From the NCBI GenBank assembly GCA_963665095.1, contig OY762069.1, forward strand, positions 352,001 to 416,000: DNA of 64,000 nucleotides, read 5' to 3'. Shown here piece after piece: positions 36,809-47,087 of this stretch (the first letter of the stretch is position 1; each line of letters begins with the position of its first letter). A program made the position numbers and the translations under genes. A model generated the notes under the pieces. That model searched no databases. It saw only the letters and a list, made by a program, of their open reading frames with translations, and had not been told where the DNA came from. This DNA comes from an uncultured Desulfobacter sp. Its GTDB lineage: Bacteria; Desulfobacterota; Desulfobacteria; Desulfobacterales; Desulfobacteraceae.

Positions 36809-37528
36809 ATGCAACACAACGAAGAATCATATAAATCTTTTGGTATCCTTGAGCGGATTTACGGCCTGTTTGACTCCGCAATGGGGCATTTTGTCTTTGC
36901 CTGCAAAAAGCAGTGTGCCCAGTGCTGCACCTGTAATGTCACAGCCACAGGTCTTGAAGCCGCCTATATTTTCCATCGGCTGGATAAGGCCGCCTGCCAG
37001 GAGATGAAACTCAGGCTTGCCGCCGCCAACGCAAAGAAAAGATATCGGCCAAACTCCAGCACCAATGGCTTTGCCCGGGCCTGCATGGCGGGCAGGGATG
37101 TCGAACAGGAAGAAAATAATCCTGCCTGGGGAGCCTGTCCCATGCTGGAGAACGGGATCTGTACCATCTACCCCGTCAGGCCGTTGGGTTGCCGGGTGAT
37201 GATGTCTGAAACGATTTGCGAACAGACCGGGGCCGCAGATATGCCCGAACTGGCTTTAACCATTACCACGGTGTTCATGCAGTTTGTGGAACATCTGGAT
37301 GCCGGCGGTGTGTACGGCAGTTTTCTTGACCTTCTTGAGGCCTGGCAGAATTACGAAGAGAGCCGGGACCAGGGTATAGATGTTTACACCCGGATGGATT
37401 TGCCTTGCCTGGTAAAAAATGAAAAAATTCCTGCGTTAATGGTTCCCCCGGAACACCGCGGCTCTCTCTCCCCCATTGTTCGGGACCTTGGGGCGATGAT
37501 GGGTGAAAATGACACGGCCGGTGCTTGA
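36809..37528 (+). CDS. YkgJ-family Cys-cluster (zinc/iron-chelating) protein
   Basis: CKKQCAQCC...CPML...CTIYPVRPLGCR. Confidence 0.8.
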   Translation: MQHNEESYKSFGILERIYGLFDSAMGHFVFACKKQCAQCCTCNVTATGLEAAYIFHRLDKAACQEMKLRLAAANAKKRYRPNSSTNGFARACMAGRDVEQEENNPAWGACPMLENGICTIYPVRPLGCRVMMSETICEQTGAADMPELALTITTVFMQFVEHLDAGGVYGSFLDLLEAWQNYEESRDQGIDVYTRMDLPCLVKNEKIPALMVPPEHRGSLSPIVRDLGAMMGENDTAGA

Positions 37529-37617
37529 CTTCATTCGGAATAATAGGGTACATCGCAATTTGCATATAACAAACCAATAATTACAGGCTCAACTAAAAGC
37601 AGTGTAAAGGAATACCC

Positions 37618-38301
37618 ATGGCGAAAAATGTGGTAGAAAAAATTGACGATTTGGTAAAGATTAAAACCGTACTGGTCAGTGTTTCCGATAAAAGTGAACT
37701 TGAATCTTTTATGCCGGGACTGCTTGAGGTCAATCCCGATTTGACCATTTTATCCACCGGCGGGACTTATTCAAAGATCAAAGAGATTCTTGGTGCCAAA
37801 GCCGATGCCTGCCTTAGACAGGTGTCTGATTACACTGGCCAGCCCGAAACCCAGGGAGGTCTTGTAAAAACCCTGGACTTTAAGATTTACCTGGGGCTTT
37901 TAACTGAAACCTATAATCCCTCCCACCAGGAAGACCTCAAACGCACAGGCGCCCTTGCCATTGATATGGTGGTGGTCAACCTTTATCCTTTTTCCCAGAC
38001 CATTGCCAAAGCAGATGCCACCCTGGAAAATGCCCGGGGTAACATTGACATTGGCGGGCCCACCATGATCCGGGCATCTGCCAAAAATTTTATCCGGGTG
38101 GCCTCTGTGGTGGACCCCAAATCCTATGCAGGGCTTCTGGACACGCTGAAAAAACAGGACGGGGCTTTGGGGCTTTATGACCGGTATCAACTGGCTTCAA
38201 AGGCCTTTGAACACACTGCAACTTATGACCGGGCCATTGCCGACTATCTGGCGGGAAAAACAGTGGATGCGGTTCAATCCTGCTATAACACGGGAGAATA
38301 G
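37618..38301 (+). CDS. purH: PurH N-terminal domain (IMP cyclohydrolase) as a separate gene
   Basis: LVSVSDK, STGGT, VSDYTGQPE, GGLVKTL, IDMVVVNLYPF, NIDIGGPTMIRASAKN, KAFEHTATYD. Confidence 0.9.
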   Translation: MAKNVVEKIDDLVKIKTVLVSVSDKSELESFMPGLLEVNPDLTILSTGGTYSKIKEILGAKADACLRQVSDYTGQPETQGGLVKTLDFKIYLGLLTETYNPSHQEDLKRTGALAIDMVVVNLYPFSQTIAKADATLENARGNIDIGGPTMIRASAKNFIRVASVVDPKSYAGLLDTLKKQDGALGLYDRYQLASKAFEHTATYDRAIADYLAGKTVDAVQSCYNTGE

Positions 38302-38303
38302 AT

Positions 38304-39554
38304 ATGAGCACTGATCTTAAACAGATGTACAAAACCATCATGGACGACCATTTTACACCGGCTCTGGAGATTTCATTTGTGGACGGAGACAATCGCCAGA
38401 CCCTTTTTTATGAAAAGGTCTCCTGGGTCATTGACGGAGTACAAAAAGGGCTTCGCTATGGGGAGAACCCGGGCCAGGAAGCAGCGCTATACCGTTTGGT
38501 CAACGGCAATTTGGCCCTGGGAGATGCCAAAACCATTGTACCGGGTAAATATCTGGTCTCTGATATAGAGTTGTTACAGTCCGGTAAACATCCGGGAAAA
38601 ACCAATCTTACGGATGCTGATAACGCTTTGAACATTTTAAGATATTTCACAGGTACCCCCTGTGCAGTCATTGTCAAGCACAATAACCCCTGTGGTGCGG
38701 CACGGGCCGACAGTCTGGAGCAGGCCTATGCCAAGGCTTATATGGCTGACCGTGTGGCTGCCTTTGGCGGATGCATCGCCCTGAATCAAGCTGTGGACAA
38801 GGCTACGGCTGAGGGTATTGCCGATCAGTATGCCGAGGTGGTGGTGGCCCCGGAGTTTGAACAGGGTGTTATTGATATTTTAGGCCGTCGCAAAAATCTG
38901 CGGGTGATCCGCATCAACGCCATGGACAAGCTGAACGCCTTTATCGGCGAGCGGGTGGTGGACTTTAAAAGCCTTATGGACGGCGGCCTTGTGGCCCAGT
39001 GGTCCTTTGTGCCCCAGACCCTTAAAAAGCAAGATCTCACCGTCGCCTCCACAGAATATAAAGGCAATACGTATAAAGTGGACCGGGAGCCTACGGAGCA
39101 GGAATACGAGGACATGCTCTTCGGGTGGCTGGTGGAATCCGGCATCACTTCCAACTCCGTGATCTATGTTAAAGACAACTGCACCGTCGGTATCGGTACT
39201 GGTGAGCAGGACCGTGTGGGCGTTGCGGAAATTGCCGTGGACAAAGCCTATAGAAAATTGTGCGACCGTTACAGTTTTGAGCGGTACAACACGGGTTTTG
39301 CCGACCTGACCGACGCGGACAAACGCGCTGAAATTGAAGCGGATGTGGCAAACGAGAAGGGCGGGCTCATTGGTTCCGCCATGATCTCTGATGCCTTTTT
39401 TCCGTTCAGGGACGGCATTGATGTGGGACTGAAACAGGGTGTAAAAGCCGTGATACAGCCCGGCGGCTCCCTGAACGATTACCAGTCCATTGAAGCCTGC
39501 AACGAAAATAACGCCACCATGGTCTATACAGGCCAGAGAAGTTTTAAACATTAA
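38304..39554 (+). CDS. purH: PurH C-terminal domain (AICAR transformylase) as a separate gene
   Basis: [64 protein letters not shown]. Confidence 0.92.
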   Translation: MSTDLKQMYKTIMDDHFTPALEISFVDGDNRQTLFYEKVSWVIDGVQKGLRYGENPGQEAALYRLVNGNLALGDAKTIVPGKYLVSDIELLQSGKHPGKTNLTDADNALNILRYFTGTPCAVIVKHNNPCGAARADSLEQAYAKAYMADRVAAFGGCIALNQAVDKATAEGIADQYAEVVVAPEFEQGVIDILGRRKNLRVIRINAMDKLNAFIGERVVDFKSLMDGGLVAQWSFVPQTLKKQDLTVASTEYKGNTYKVDREPTEQEYEDMLFGWLVESGITSNSVIYVKDNCTVGIGTGEQDRVGVAEIAVDKAYRKLCDRYSFERYNTGFADLTDADKRAEIEADVANEKGGLIGSAMISDAFFPFRDGIDVGLKQGVKAVIQPGGSLNDYQSIEACNENNATMVYTGQRSFKH

Positions 39555-39571
39555 TTGGAAAGTATACCCAA

Positions 39572-41869
39572 ATGCCTGATATAATCTATACCATAACTGA
39601 TGAAGCCCCCGCACTTGCCACCCGTTCACTTCTGCCCGTTGTACAGGCATTTGCCAAGGCCGCCGGTGTCAGTGTGGAAACCCGGGATATTTCCCTTGCC
39701 GGAAGAATTTTGGCGGCGTTCCCGGATCGTCTGACTGATGAACAAAAGGCAGGTGATGATTTAGCTGAACTTGGAGAACTGGTTAAAGATCCAAAAGCCA
39801 ATATCATTAAACTGCCCAATATTTCCGCATCCATTCCCCAGCTTAAAGCCGCCATAGCCGAACTTCAGGCCCAGGGATTTGATTTGCCCGGGTATCCTGA
39901 GAAACCCCAAGATGATGCCGATAAAAAGATTCAGTCAACTTATGCCGGTGTTCTTGGCTCTGCGGTAAATCCGGTTTTACGCCAGGGCAATTCAGACCGG
40001 CGGGTGGCCGATGCCGTTAAAGCCTATGCCAGGCAGAATCCCCATACTATGGGCCCGTGGTCAAAGGATTCTAAATCCCATGTGGCCCATATGACAGAAG
40101 GGGATTTTTTCGGCAGTGAAAAATCAGCAGTTATGGAAAAAGCTGTCAGTGTGAATATCGATTTTACGGATGGTTCGGGCAATACACGGCGGTTGAAGGA
40201 ACATTTAAACCTTGTTGCCGGCGAAGTGATTGATGTCTCTGTAATGAGTATTAACGCGTTAAGGGCGTTTCTTGAGACGGCCATGACAGCAGCTGCAGAA
40301 CAGGGCCTGCTTTTGTCTTTGCATCTGAAAGCCACGATGATGAAGGTGTCTGACCCCTATATGTTCGGCCAGGCTGTATCTGTTTATTTTAAAGATGTGT
40401 TTGAAAAGCATGAGACACTGTTTGCTCAGATGGGCGTAAATCCGGCCGGTGGTCTTGGAGAGCTGTATGCAAAGCTTGAACCCCTTTCAAAAGAGCTGCG
40501 CGATGAGATACGGGCCGATATTGATGCGGTATACAAAAAACGCCCCGCCCTAGCCATGGTGGATTCAGATAAAGGCATTACCAATCTGCATGTGCCAAGT
40601 GATGTGATTGTGGATGCCTCCATGCCGGCGTGTCTGAGGGCTTCCGGCAAAATGTGGGGACCAAATGGAGAACTTCACGATACCTGTGCCGTGATTCCGG
40701 ATCGCTGCTATGCAGGCATCTATCAGCAGGTGTTTGAGGACTGCAGGACCAACGGCGCCTTTGATGTCCCTACCATGGGTACGGTGTCAAATGTGGGGCT
40801 CATGGCCAAAAAAGCTGAAGAATACGGCTCCCATGATAAAACGTTTATCATGGATGCCAGCGGAAAGGTCGTCGTCAGCGATGACACCGGAAAAATTATT
40901 TTTGAAAACAGCGTTGAAAAAGGCGATATCTGGCGCATGTGCCAGACAAAAGATGAGGCCATCCGGGACTGGGTGGGCTTAGGCGTAAAGCGGGCCCGGA
41001 CCACAGGGCAGCCGGCCGTGTTCTGGCTGGATGAAAATCGCGGCCACGATGGGGAACTTGTTAAAAAGGTCAATCTGTACCTGAAAGACCATGACACAAA
41101 TGGGCTTTCCATCTCTATTCTGTCTCCCAAAGATGCCATTGACTTCACACTGGAACGTATCCGCAAGGGGCTTGACACCATATCTGTCACCGGCAATGTC
41201 CTGCGTGACTACCTGACCGATCTTTTTCCCATCATGGAGCTTGGCACCTCTGCCAAAATGCTTTCCATTGTCCCTTTGCTTGCAGGGGGAGGTCTGTTTG
41301 AAACAGGCGCCGGGGGATCGGCACCCAAGCATGTCCAGCAGTTTATAAAGGAGAACCACCTGCGCTGGGATTCGTTAGGGGAGTTTCTGGCCCTGGCGGC
41401 CTCCCTGGAAGATCTGGCAGCCAAGAAAAATGATGCCAGGATCAGGGTACTGTCCAAAACCATGGATCAGGCCAATACCCGTTTTTTAATGGAAAACCGG
41501 TCCCCGTCAAGGAAAGTGGGCGAACTCGACAACCGGGGCAGCCATTTTTATCTGACCCTGTATTGGGCAGAAGCACTGGCAGACCAGGATGAGGATCGCG
41601 CCCTAAAAGATATTTTCCAGCCTGTGGCCCAATCCCTGGGCCAGGAAAAAGAGACGATTCTTGAACAATTGCTGGCGATTCAGGGAAAATCCATGGATGT
41701 GGGCGGTTACTACCATCCTGATGAAGCGCGCCTGGAACAGGCCATGCGTCCGTCACCTGTGTTTAATAAAATCCTTACAATGCTTGAAAAAAGTATTATC
41801 AGCCAGTCTGACTGGTCACCAGGGGGCAACAACAAGGGGAAAAAGGACAAATCTCTCCCCCCTTTTTAG
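39572..41869 (+). CDS. icd: Monomeric NADP-dependent isocitrate dehydrogenase
   Basis: [85 protein letters not shown]. Confidence 0.97.
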   Translation: MPDIIYTITDEAPALATRSLLPVVQAFAKAAGVSVETRDISLAGRILAAFPDRLTDEQKAGDDLAELGELVKDPKANIIKLPNISASIPQLKAAIAELQAQGFDLPGYPEKPQDDADKKIQSTYAGVLGSAVNPVLRQGNSDRRVADAVKAYARQNPHTMGPWSKDSKSHVAHMTEGDFFGSEKSAVMEKAVSVNIDFTDGSGNTRRLKEHLNLVAGEVIDVSVMSINALRAFLETAMTAAAEQGLLLSLHLKATMMKVSDPYMFGQAVSVYFKDVFEKHETLFAQMGVNPAGGLGELYAKLEPLSKELRDEIRADIDAVYKKRPALAMVDSDKGITNLHVPSDVIVDASMPACLRASGKMWGPNGELHDTCAVIPDRCYAGIYQQVFEDCRTNGAFDVPTMGTVSNVGLMAKKAEEYGSHDKTFIMDASGKVVVSDDTGKIIFENSVEKGDIWRMCQTKDEAIRDWVGLGVKRARTTGQPAVFWLDENRGHDGELVKKVNLYLKDHDTNGLSISILSPKDAIDFTLERIRKGLDTISVTGNVLRDYLTDLFPIMELGTSAKMLSIVPLLAGGGLFETGAGGSAPKHVQQFIKENHLRWDSLGEFLALAASLEDLAAKKNDARIRVLSKTMDQANTRFLMENRSPSRKVGELDNRGSHFYLTLYWAEALADQDEDRALKDIFQPVAQSLGQEKETILEQLLAIQGKSMDVGGYYHPDEARLEQAMRPSPVFNKILTMLEKSIISQSDWSPGGNNKGKKDKSLPPF

Positions 41870-41884
41870 GAAAGTCAGAAAAAG

Positions 41885-41914
41885 AAGGGGGCAAGTACGA
41901 CCTTGCCCCCTTTT
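41885..41914 (+). terminator. Intrinsic terminator between icd and the MFS gene (likely bidirectional)
   Basis: AAGGGGGCAAG-TACGAC-CTTGCCCCCTT-TT, preceded by an A-rich run. Confidence 0.75.
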
Positions 41915-41947
41915 GTTGTTATTGATCCGTCTTTGTGCGTGGTCTGT

Positions 41948-43105
41948 TTAGACAACCGGTTCAGTGGCCTGCAGGGGCGTTTTAATCAACTGAACCAGTG
42001 TCAGAGATATAAGACTCATGGCAGCCCCGGCCAGAAAGGGGATTCTGTAGTCCACCAGCCACAGTACGCCGCCGATCACAGGCAGGACTACGGCCGCAAT
42101 ATGGTTGATGGTGAACCCGACGGCTGCAGACGGGGCAATGTCAGCCGGATCGCAGATCTTCTGGAAATAGGTTTTAATGCCCATGGAAAATCCAAAGAAG
42201 ATATGATCCATGACATAGAGCAGGGCCACCACCATTTTGCTGTCTGTGACCGCATAGGCCATGAACACAAAAACCAGCGCAGAATACTCCATGGACAATA
42301 CCTTCCTTTCTCCAAACCGGATAATCGCCTTGCCGATGACAGGGTTTATGAAGAAATTGATGGCATTGTTCAAAAGAAACAAAAGCGTAATCTGTTTGAT
42401 GGAAAAATCAAATTTCTGGACCAGCAAAAATACGGCAAAGGCCACGAAAATCTGACGTCTGGCTCCTGCCATAAAGGTCAGTGCGTAATAGAGCCAGTAT
42501 TTTTTCCGTACCACCATGGATTTTCTTTGAACCGGCATGCCTGCATGGGCGGGGTTACGGGTGAACGCCCAGATACCACAGGCAAGAATCGCAGTGCCGA
42601 ACAAAAGATAGAGTGCCGTGTAATTGAAAAACCCTGACAGGGCAAATATGATAATACCCACAGCAATATTGGCCATGGCCGACCACTTCTGCTGGCTGGC
42701 AAACACCATGGGCGCTTCAGTTTTGCTGAAATACTGCAGGGTCAAGGACTGGCTGCAGGTCTGAAAATAATGAAACCCAAAGCTCATGACAAGGGTGGTG
42801 AACATCAGCCCGGCAAAACTGGGCAGCACCCCGGTGAGAAACACCCCCATTCCCAAGACCATGATGGAAAGAGCTGCCAGGCGGTGTTCACTGACAATTA
42901 AAAGCACATAGGTCACCAGTAAAGACAAAAATCCAGGCAGCTCCCGCACCGACTGGATCACACCTACATGTTCGCCGTCCAGACCAACACTGTGGAAGGC
43001 AAAATTATCAAACAACGTGCGCCAGCACTGCAGTCCACCGGTACAGCAAATCGCTAAAACCAGCAGATAAACAAACATGGGCCGGGAAGACAAACGGATA
43101 TTCAT
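41948..43105 (-). CDS. MFS transporter
   Basis: About 12 hydrophobic segments, SVRELPGFL, GKAIIRFGERK; ATG 43105 preferred. Confidence 0.88.
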   Translation of the reverse strand: MNIRLSSRPMFVYLLVLAICCTGGLQCWRTLFDNFAFHSVGLDGEHVGVIQSVRELPGFLSLLVTYVLLIVSEHRLAALSIMVLGMGVFLTGVLPSFAGLMFTTLVMSFGFHYFQTCSQSLTLQYFSKTEAPMVFASQQKWSAMANIAVGIIIFALSGFFNYTALYLLFGTAILACGIWAFTRNPAHAGMPVQRKSMVVRKKYWLYYALTFMAGARRQIFVAFAVFLLVQKFDFSIKQITLLFLLNNAINFFINPVIGKAIIRFGERKVLSMEYSALVFVFMAYAVTDSKMVVALLYVMDHIFFGFSMGIKTYFQKICDPADIAPSAAVGFTINHIAAVVLPVIGGVLWLVDYRIPFLAGAAMSLISLTLVQLIKTPLQATEPVV

Positions 43106-43212
43106 AAAGGTTTCTTTCAGGTTGGTTGGCAGGGGGCGACACAAGCCAGGAGATGGAAACTATCTTCGGTAAACTTCCAGGAAGAATGTAAGCAAAAACG
43201 TTCCTGCTGCCG

Positions 43213-43338
43213 GTGTTTGGAGGAGAAGTTGCCCATATGCAAGGCGCAAGGGAACTTGCAACCGGAGCGTACTTCAGTACGCGAGGATTGTAAGTTCCCG
43301 CAGCAACACCGCAGATGGGTGACTTTTCCTCCAAACAC
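43213..43338. repeat. Palindromic element, copy 2 (inverted relative to copy 1)
   Basis: GTGTTTGGAGGAGAAGTTGCCCA...TGGGTGACTTTTCCTCCAAACAC; core CCGGAGCGTACTTCAGTACGCGAGGA; abuts the glmS TAG stop (CTAG). Confidence 0.9.
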
Positions 43339-46300
43339 TAGTTTAGTTTTTTTATTATGGCGTCCACTGCTTTTTCTGCCGTGGCCCCGAACAGGGTGTC
43401 AATATCCACAAGATTAAGATACTTATCATCCCAGGTGACATTCGTGCTTTCAAGAATCCAGTCCTTAAGGCGGGTATATTTACCGCCCAGTGCTTTGATC
43501 TTCTTCAGCAGCGAGACATCTTCGGAGGATTTAAACCCGATGTTCAAAGAAAGCAGAAATTCAATGCTGTTGGGTGTCGCCGGATTGGTGGAGAGTACCG
43601 GGATCACAAGGATATTCCGGTTGTCTTTCCGACCTTTGCCGATATAGACGTTTCCCTCTCTGACAATGATATTCTTGGTGCCTTTGAGCCGGTGGTCTGT
43701 CTCCACACGGGAACTTTCATTGGCAAGATTTCCGGTTTTTGATAGTACCTCAATCCGGGTGTCGGAAGTAACGCCGCCTAACAGGCTCAACCCGGAAATC
43801 CGGTAGAATACCGCTCCTTTTATTTCACAGACTATTTCCTGCAGGTTCTTAACAACTATAACATTGTTGTGAGTAAGCTGGGCAAGCTGGATGTCGTGTT
43901 CGGCCATGGAATCAAATAGAATGCCCTCAAAGCTTTCACTGATCCGGCTGGTGCCCACGGTAACTGTCTTGGCCTGATGTTTAATGGCATCCACGGGCCG
44001 GGCCATGTTGTTGATGGCCTGGTTCATGGAAGTAAAGAAGGCTGACAGCATATTGGCAGGTGTCCCTTTGACCCCGAAATCAATCTCAAAATCTGATACA
44101 GGCAGCCGGCCGGACAGATATTTGAGCAGCAGGGTGATGTTGGCAATGGCGTTGAGGCCTAACGCACCAGGGAATCCGTCCTCACGACGCTTTTCTGAGA
44201 ACTGGTTGTAGAAGCCTGCCACGCTTTCCCTGAATTTGTCTTCCAGGAGCACCTCGTAATCGTCATGGCCAATGCCTTTGAAGTCATCAATAATTCCCTG
44301 AAACTTCATTTTTGCGTCATACAGAAATTTGGAGCTGCTGTTTATGGCCAAAGCGGCATAATACCCCCAGATATGGCCCACCAGGGTGTTGAGGATAGGA
44401 GCAAAATGTTCCGGAATCTGAGGGATTTTAAACACGGCTCTGGCGTAGATGTCGAACCGGTCTTCCCCTTCTGTGGTGATGACAATGGGGCATGCTTTAT
44501 GGGCATGAAAGATCGCTGTATCTTTGATAATATCCCCTAATACACTTTCCCGGGTGCCGGCGGCACACACAATAATCAGCGGTTCACTTGACAGGTCAAT
44601 ATGTTTTTTGTCTTCCACAAAATCTGAAGAGATGGTCTTATAGCACAGTTCAGATAACTTGATCCGGATCTCATCGGCGGATGTTTTATTAAAACCCGAG
44701 CCCACTGTGGCCCAGTAGTTTTTGGTGACTGCCAGCTGGCTTGCACATGCTTTGATCTGTTCGCGTATGTCAAGAACGGCTGTCATTTTTGCCGGCAGGT
44801 CCATGAGGCAGCGGATCTGATCGGAGATGTACTCTTGGGTTCTGGCATTGAGCAGGGCAGCAAGATGCAGCCCTAATACAGCGCCTGCCGTGATCTGGGA
44901 GTAAAACGCCTTGGTGGAGGCAACGGACATCTCAATGTCTCTGCCGGAACTGGTGTACAATACCCCGTCCACCTTGAATGTGAGATCAGAGTCCCTGCGG
45001 TTGACAATGGCTATGGTTTTAGCGCCGCATGCCTTAATCATATCCACGGTGCGGTTGGTATCTGTGGTGGTTCCGGACTGGCTGATGGCAACCACTAATG
45101 TATCTTCCATGGCCGAGCAGTTGTCGCCCTCGGCACGAATACTGAACCCGGAGAGTTCCGATGCTTTCTGAGCACGGATATCCATGGCTTTTTCCCCGAG
45201 ATAATGGCGCAGGATATCTGCACATCCCTGGGCTGCGATTCCGGCTGTTCCCTGGCCGATGAAATAGATTTTTTTGATCTTCCCTGATCTTAAATTCTGT
45301 TCCAGCGTAAGGGGAATAATTGTCTGGTTCAGGCTTACGTTGAACAGGCCAGAACCAGGATTTTGTTTAAATTTATTTTCCAGGGTTTTTTCAACCGAAA
45401 GCGGAGATTCTGAGATCTCCTTAAGGAAATAGTGGTTGAACCCCTGGCGGTCGATATCCCGGGAGGTAATCTGGCTGGTCAGGACATCATCCTGAGTGAT
45501 CGTAATCGGCTGGCTGTCGTAATAAAAGGAGCGTATGCCTTCAACGCCTCCGGAACCGTTCTGGTCCAGGATGACAATCTGGCCCTGGTCTTCCCCGTTG
45601 AGTTTGATATAGCTCCGGGTCTCCTCCACCACACCGTAAAGTTCTGAAGCCGCAATATAGTGGTCCTTGGCAATACCCACAAAAATAGCCTGCCCACTGC
45701 CTTTCTGGGCCAGGAACAATTTGCCCGGGGCAAGATCCGTATGCATGGAAATGGCATGGGAACCCTGGAATTCATTAACTGCCAGGCGGAAAGCCTCTTC
45801 AATGGGAGCCCCTGATTTCAGATGATGCTCCACCTGGAGTGGAATCAGCTTGGTGTCTGTGGTGATCTGGGGGTGAATTTTATCATACCGGGCTTCATAC
45901 TCGGTTTTAAGCTCCAGGTAATTGTCGATATCCCCGTTCAGGCAAACATGGATAATCCCGTTAGGGGTGGCTTTTGTATCTGTGGGCGCATTATCCACCG
46001 GGTGGCAGTTGGCTTCCGTGATATCACCCACCGATGCCCAGCGGGTGTGGGCGGAGACGGAAGATGCTGTTAAAGTAAATTTTGCCAGGGTCTGGAGCAG
46101 GGAATCGTTTTTGATCTGTTCTCTGATAAAGGAGACATTATCACCCAGTGCCCCGACTTCAGCCGCAAATTTGTATACAAAACTGATGGTAACGCAGTCC
46201 GGTGCGGAACCGGAACTGCTGGTCTTATTAACGGAGATGGTGTTATTGGTCAGAATCTGACGATTGGTTCTTTCTTCCAGATCCTGGGCCAGTCCTTGTT

Positions 46301-47054
46301 TTTCAAGCTGTGCCCGATAATCAGAAAATTCGCTGGCCTCCAGGGTACACAACACCGAGATCCCGGCAGAATCCCTGCCCCTGACTTCAAGGCGGTCAAT
46401 ACTGTTGAGTACAGCATTGATCCGCTTAAACAGAATGAGGCCCCAGGGTGTTTTTTCCTTGTCCAGCCAAGGCGCCAGATTCTCTATAATTCCGATATTT
46501 TCAAGCACCTCTTTTTTCAGACACCAGAGGATATCTTTTACCAGTTCAATATGATCGGAGGCAATTTCCACCTCAGGCGTGGCCAGGCTGGAAGTAGCTG
46601 TTTTAAAGTCCCGGGTTTCCTGAGAGATGATGTTTTCAATATCTTCTGTTATCCGGGCAAGCTTGCGTGTTTTTTCTCTGTTGTAATAGAGGGAAGAAAA
46701 CACAGACTCCTGCTTTAGGTTCTGGGCATGATCAAACAGATCAGACAATAATTGTTTTCCACCCAGGTAATCGTCAGTCACCACCTGCCATCTCTGGTTG
46801 GTAAAGGGACCAAGACGGTTCTGGGCCAGTTTTTCAATGCCTAAGGAAAGGGCCTGAAGGTCGTCTTCGCAGGCCGGCCCCTTGAATGCCACCAGAGCAC
46901 AGATCCCGCAGCCCAGAGTACAGCCTGTATCCGGGAATAAAACAAGGGTATCAGGTTTTGCTGCTGAAAGTGGGATACCAAAATTCACATGGATCTGTCC
47001 CATGCGTTTCATGTGGGTTAGAATGCGTGCGGCGATATTTTTTTGGCCTCTCAT
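43338..47054 (-). CDS. glmS: Glutamine-fructose-6-phosphate aminotransferase-like protein, unusually long (1238 aa)
   Basis: CGI, LEVRGRDSAG, AHTRWAS, NCHP, NGDIDNY, TDT, ISQSGTTTDT, VASTKAF, IKLSELCY, AKTVTV. Confidence 0.88.
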   Translation of the reverse strand: MRGQKNIAARILTHMKRMGQIHVNFGIPLSAAKPDTLVLFPDTGCTLGCGICALVAFKGPACEDDLQALSLGIEKLAQNRLGPFTNQRWQVVTDDYLGGKQLLSDLFDHAQNLKQESVFSSLYYNREKTRKLARITEDIENIISQETRDFKTATSSLATPEVEIASDHIELVKDILWCLKKEVLENIGIIENLAPWLDKEKTPWGLILFKRINAVLNSIDRLEVRGRDSAGISVLCTLEASEFSDYRAQLEKQGLAQDLEERTNRQILTNNTISVNKTSSSGSAPDCVTISFVYKFAAEVGALGDNVSFIREQIKNDSLLQTLAKFTLTASSVSAHTRWASVGDITEANCHPVDNAPTDTKATPNGIIHVCLNGDIDNYLELKTEYEARYDKIHPQITTDTKLIPLQVEHHLKSGAPIEEAFRLAVNEFQGSHAISMHTDLAPGKLFLAQKGSGQAIFVGIAKDHYIAASELYGVVEETRSYIKLNGEDQGQIVILDQNGSGGVEGIRSFYYDSQPITITQDDVLTSQITSRDIDRQGFNHYFLKEISESPLSVEKTLENKFKQNPGSGLFNVSLNQTIIPLTLEQNLRSGKIKKIYFIGQGTAGIAAQGCADILRHYLGEKAMDIRAQKASELSGFSIRAEGDNCSAMEDTLVVAISQSGTTTDTNRTVDMIKACGAKTIAIVNRRDSDLTFKVDGVLYTSSGRDIEMSVASTKAFYSQITAGAVLGLHLAALLNARTQEYISDQIRCLMDLPAKMTAVLDIREQIKACASQLAVTKNYWATVGSGFNKTSADEIRIKLSELCYKTISSDFVEDKKHIDLSSEPLIIVCAAGTRESVLGDIIKDTAIFHAHKACPIVITTEGEDRFDIYARAVFKIPQIPEHFAPILNTLVGHIWGYYAALAINSSSKFLYDAKMKFQGIIDDFKGIGHDDYEVLLEDKFRESVAGFYNQFSEKRREDGFPGALGLNAIANITLLLKYLSGRLPVSDFEIDFGVKGTPANMLSAFFTSMNQAINNMARPVDAIKHQAKTVTVGTSRISESFEGILFDSMAEHDIQLAQLTHNNVIVVKNLQEIVCEIKGAVFYRISGLSLLGGVTSDTRIEVLSKTGNLANESSRVETDHRLKGTKNIIVREGNVYIGKGRKDNRNILVIPVLSTNPATPNSIEFLLSLNIGFKSSEDVSLLKKIKALGGKYTRLKDWILESTNVTWDDKYLNLVDIDTLFGATAEKAVDAIIKKLN

Positions 47055-47087
47055 TGTTATCCTCCATTTATATTCCTGGTCTAAAGA

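Noticed and set aside
43008..43417. Small ORFs spanning palindromic element copy 2
   Set aside because: Open frames are a by-product of the element; no independent evidence of expression.
47055..47087. glmS ribozyme upstream of glmS
   Set aside because: The intergenic gap is only 33 bp.
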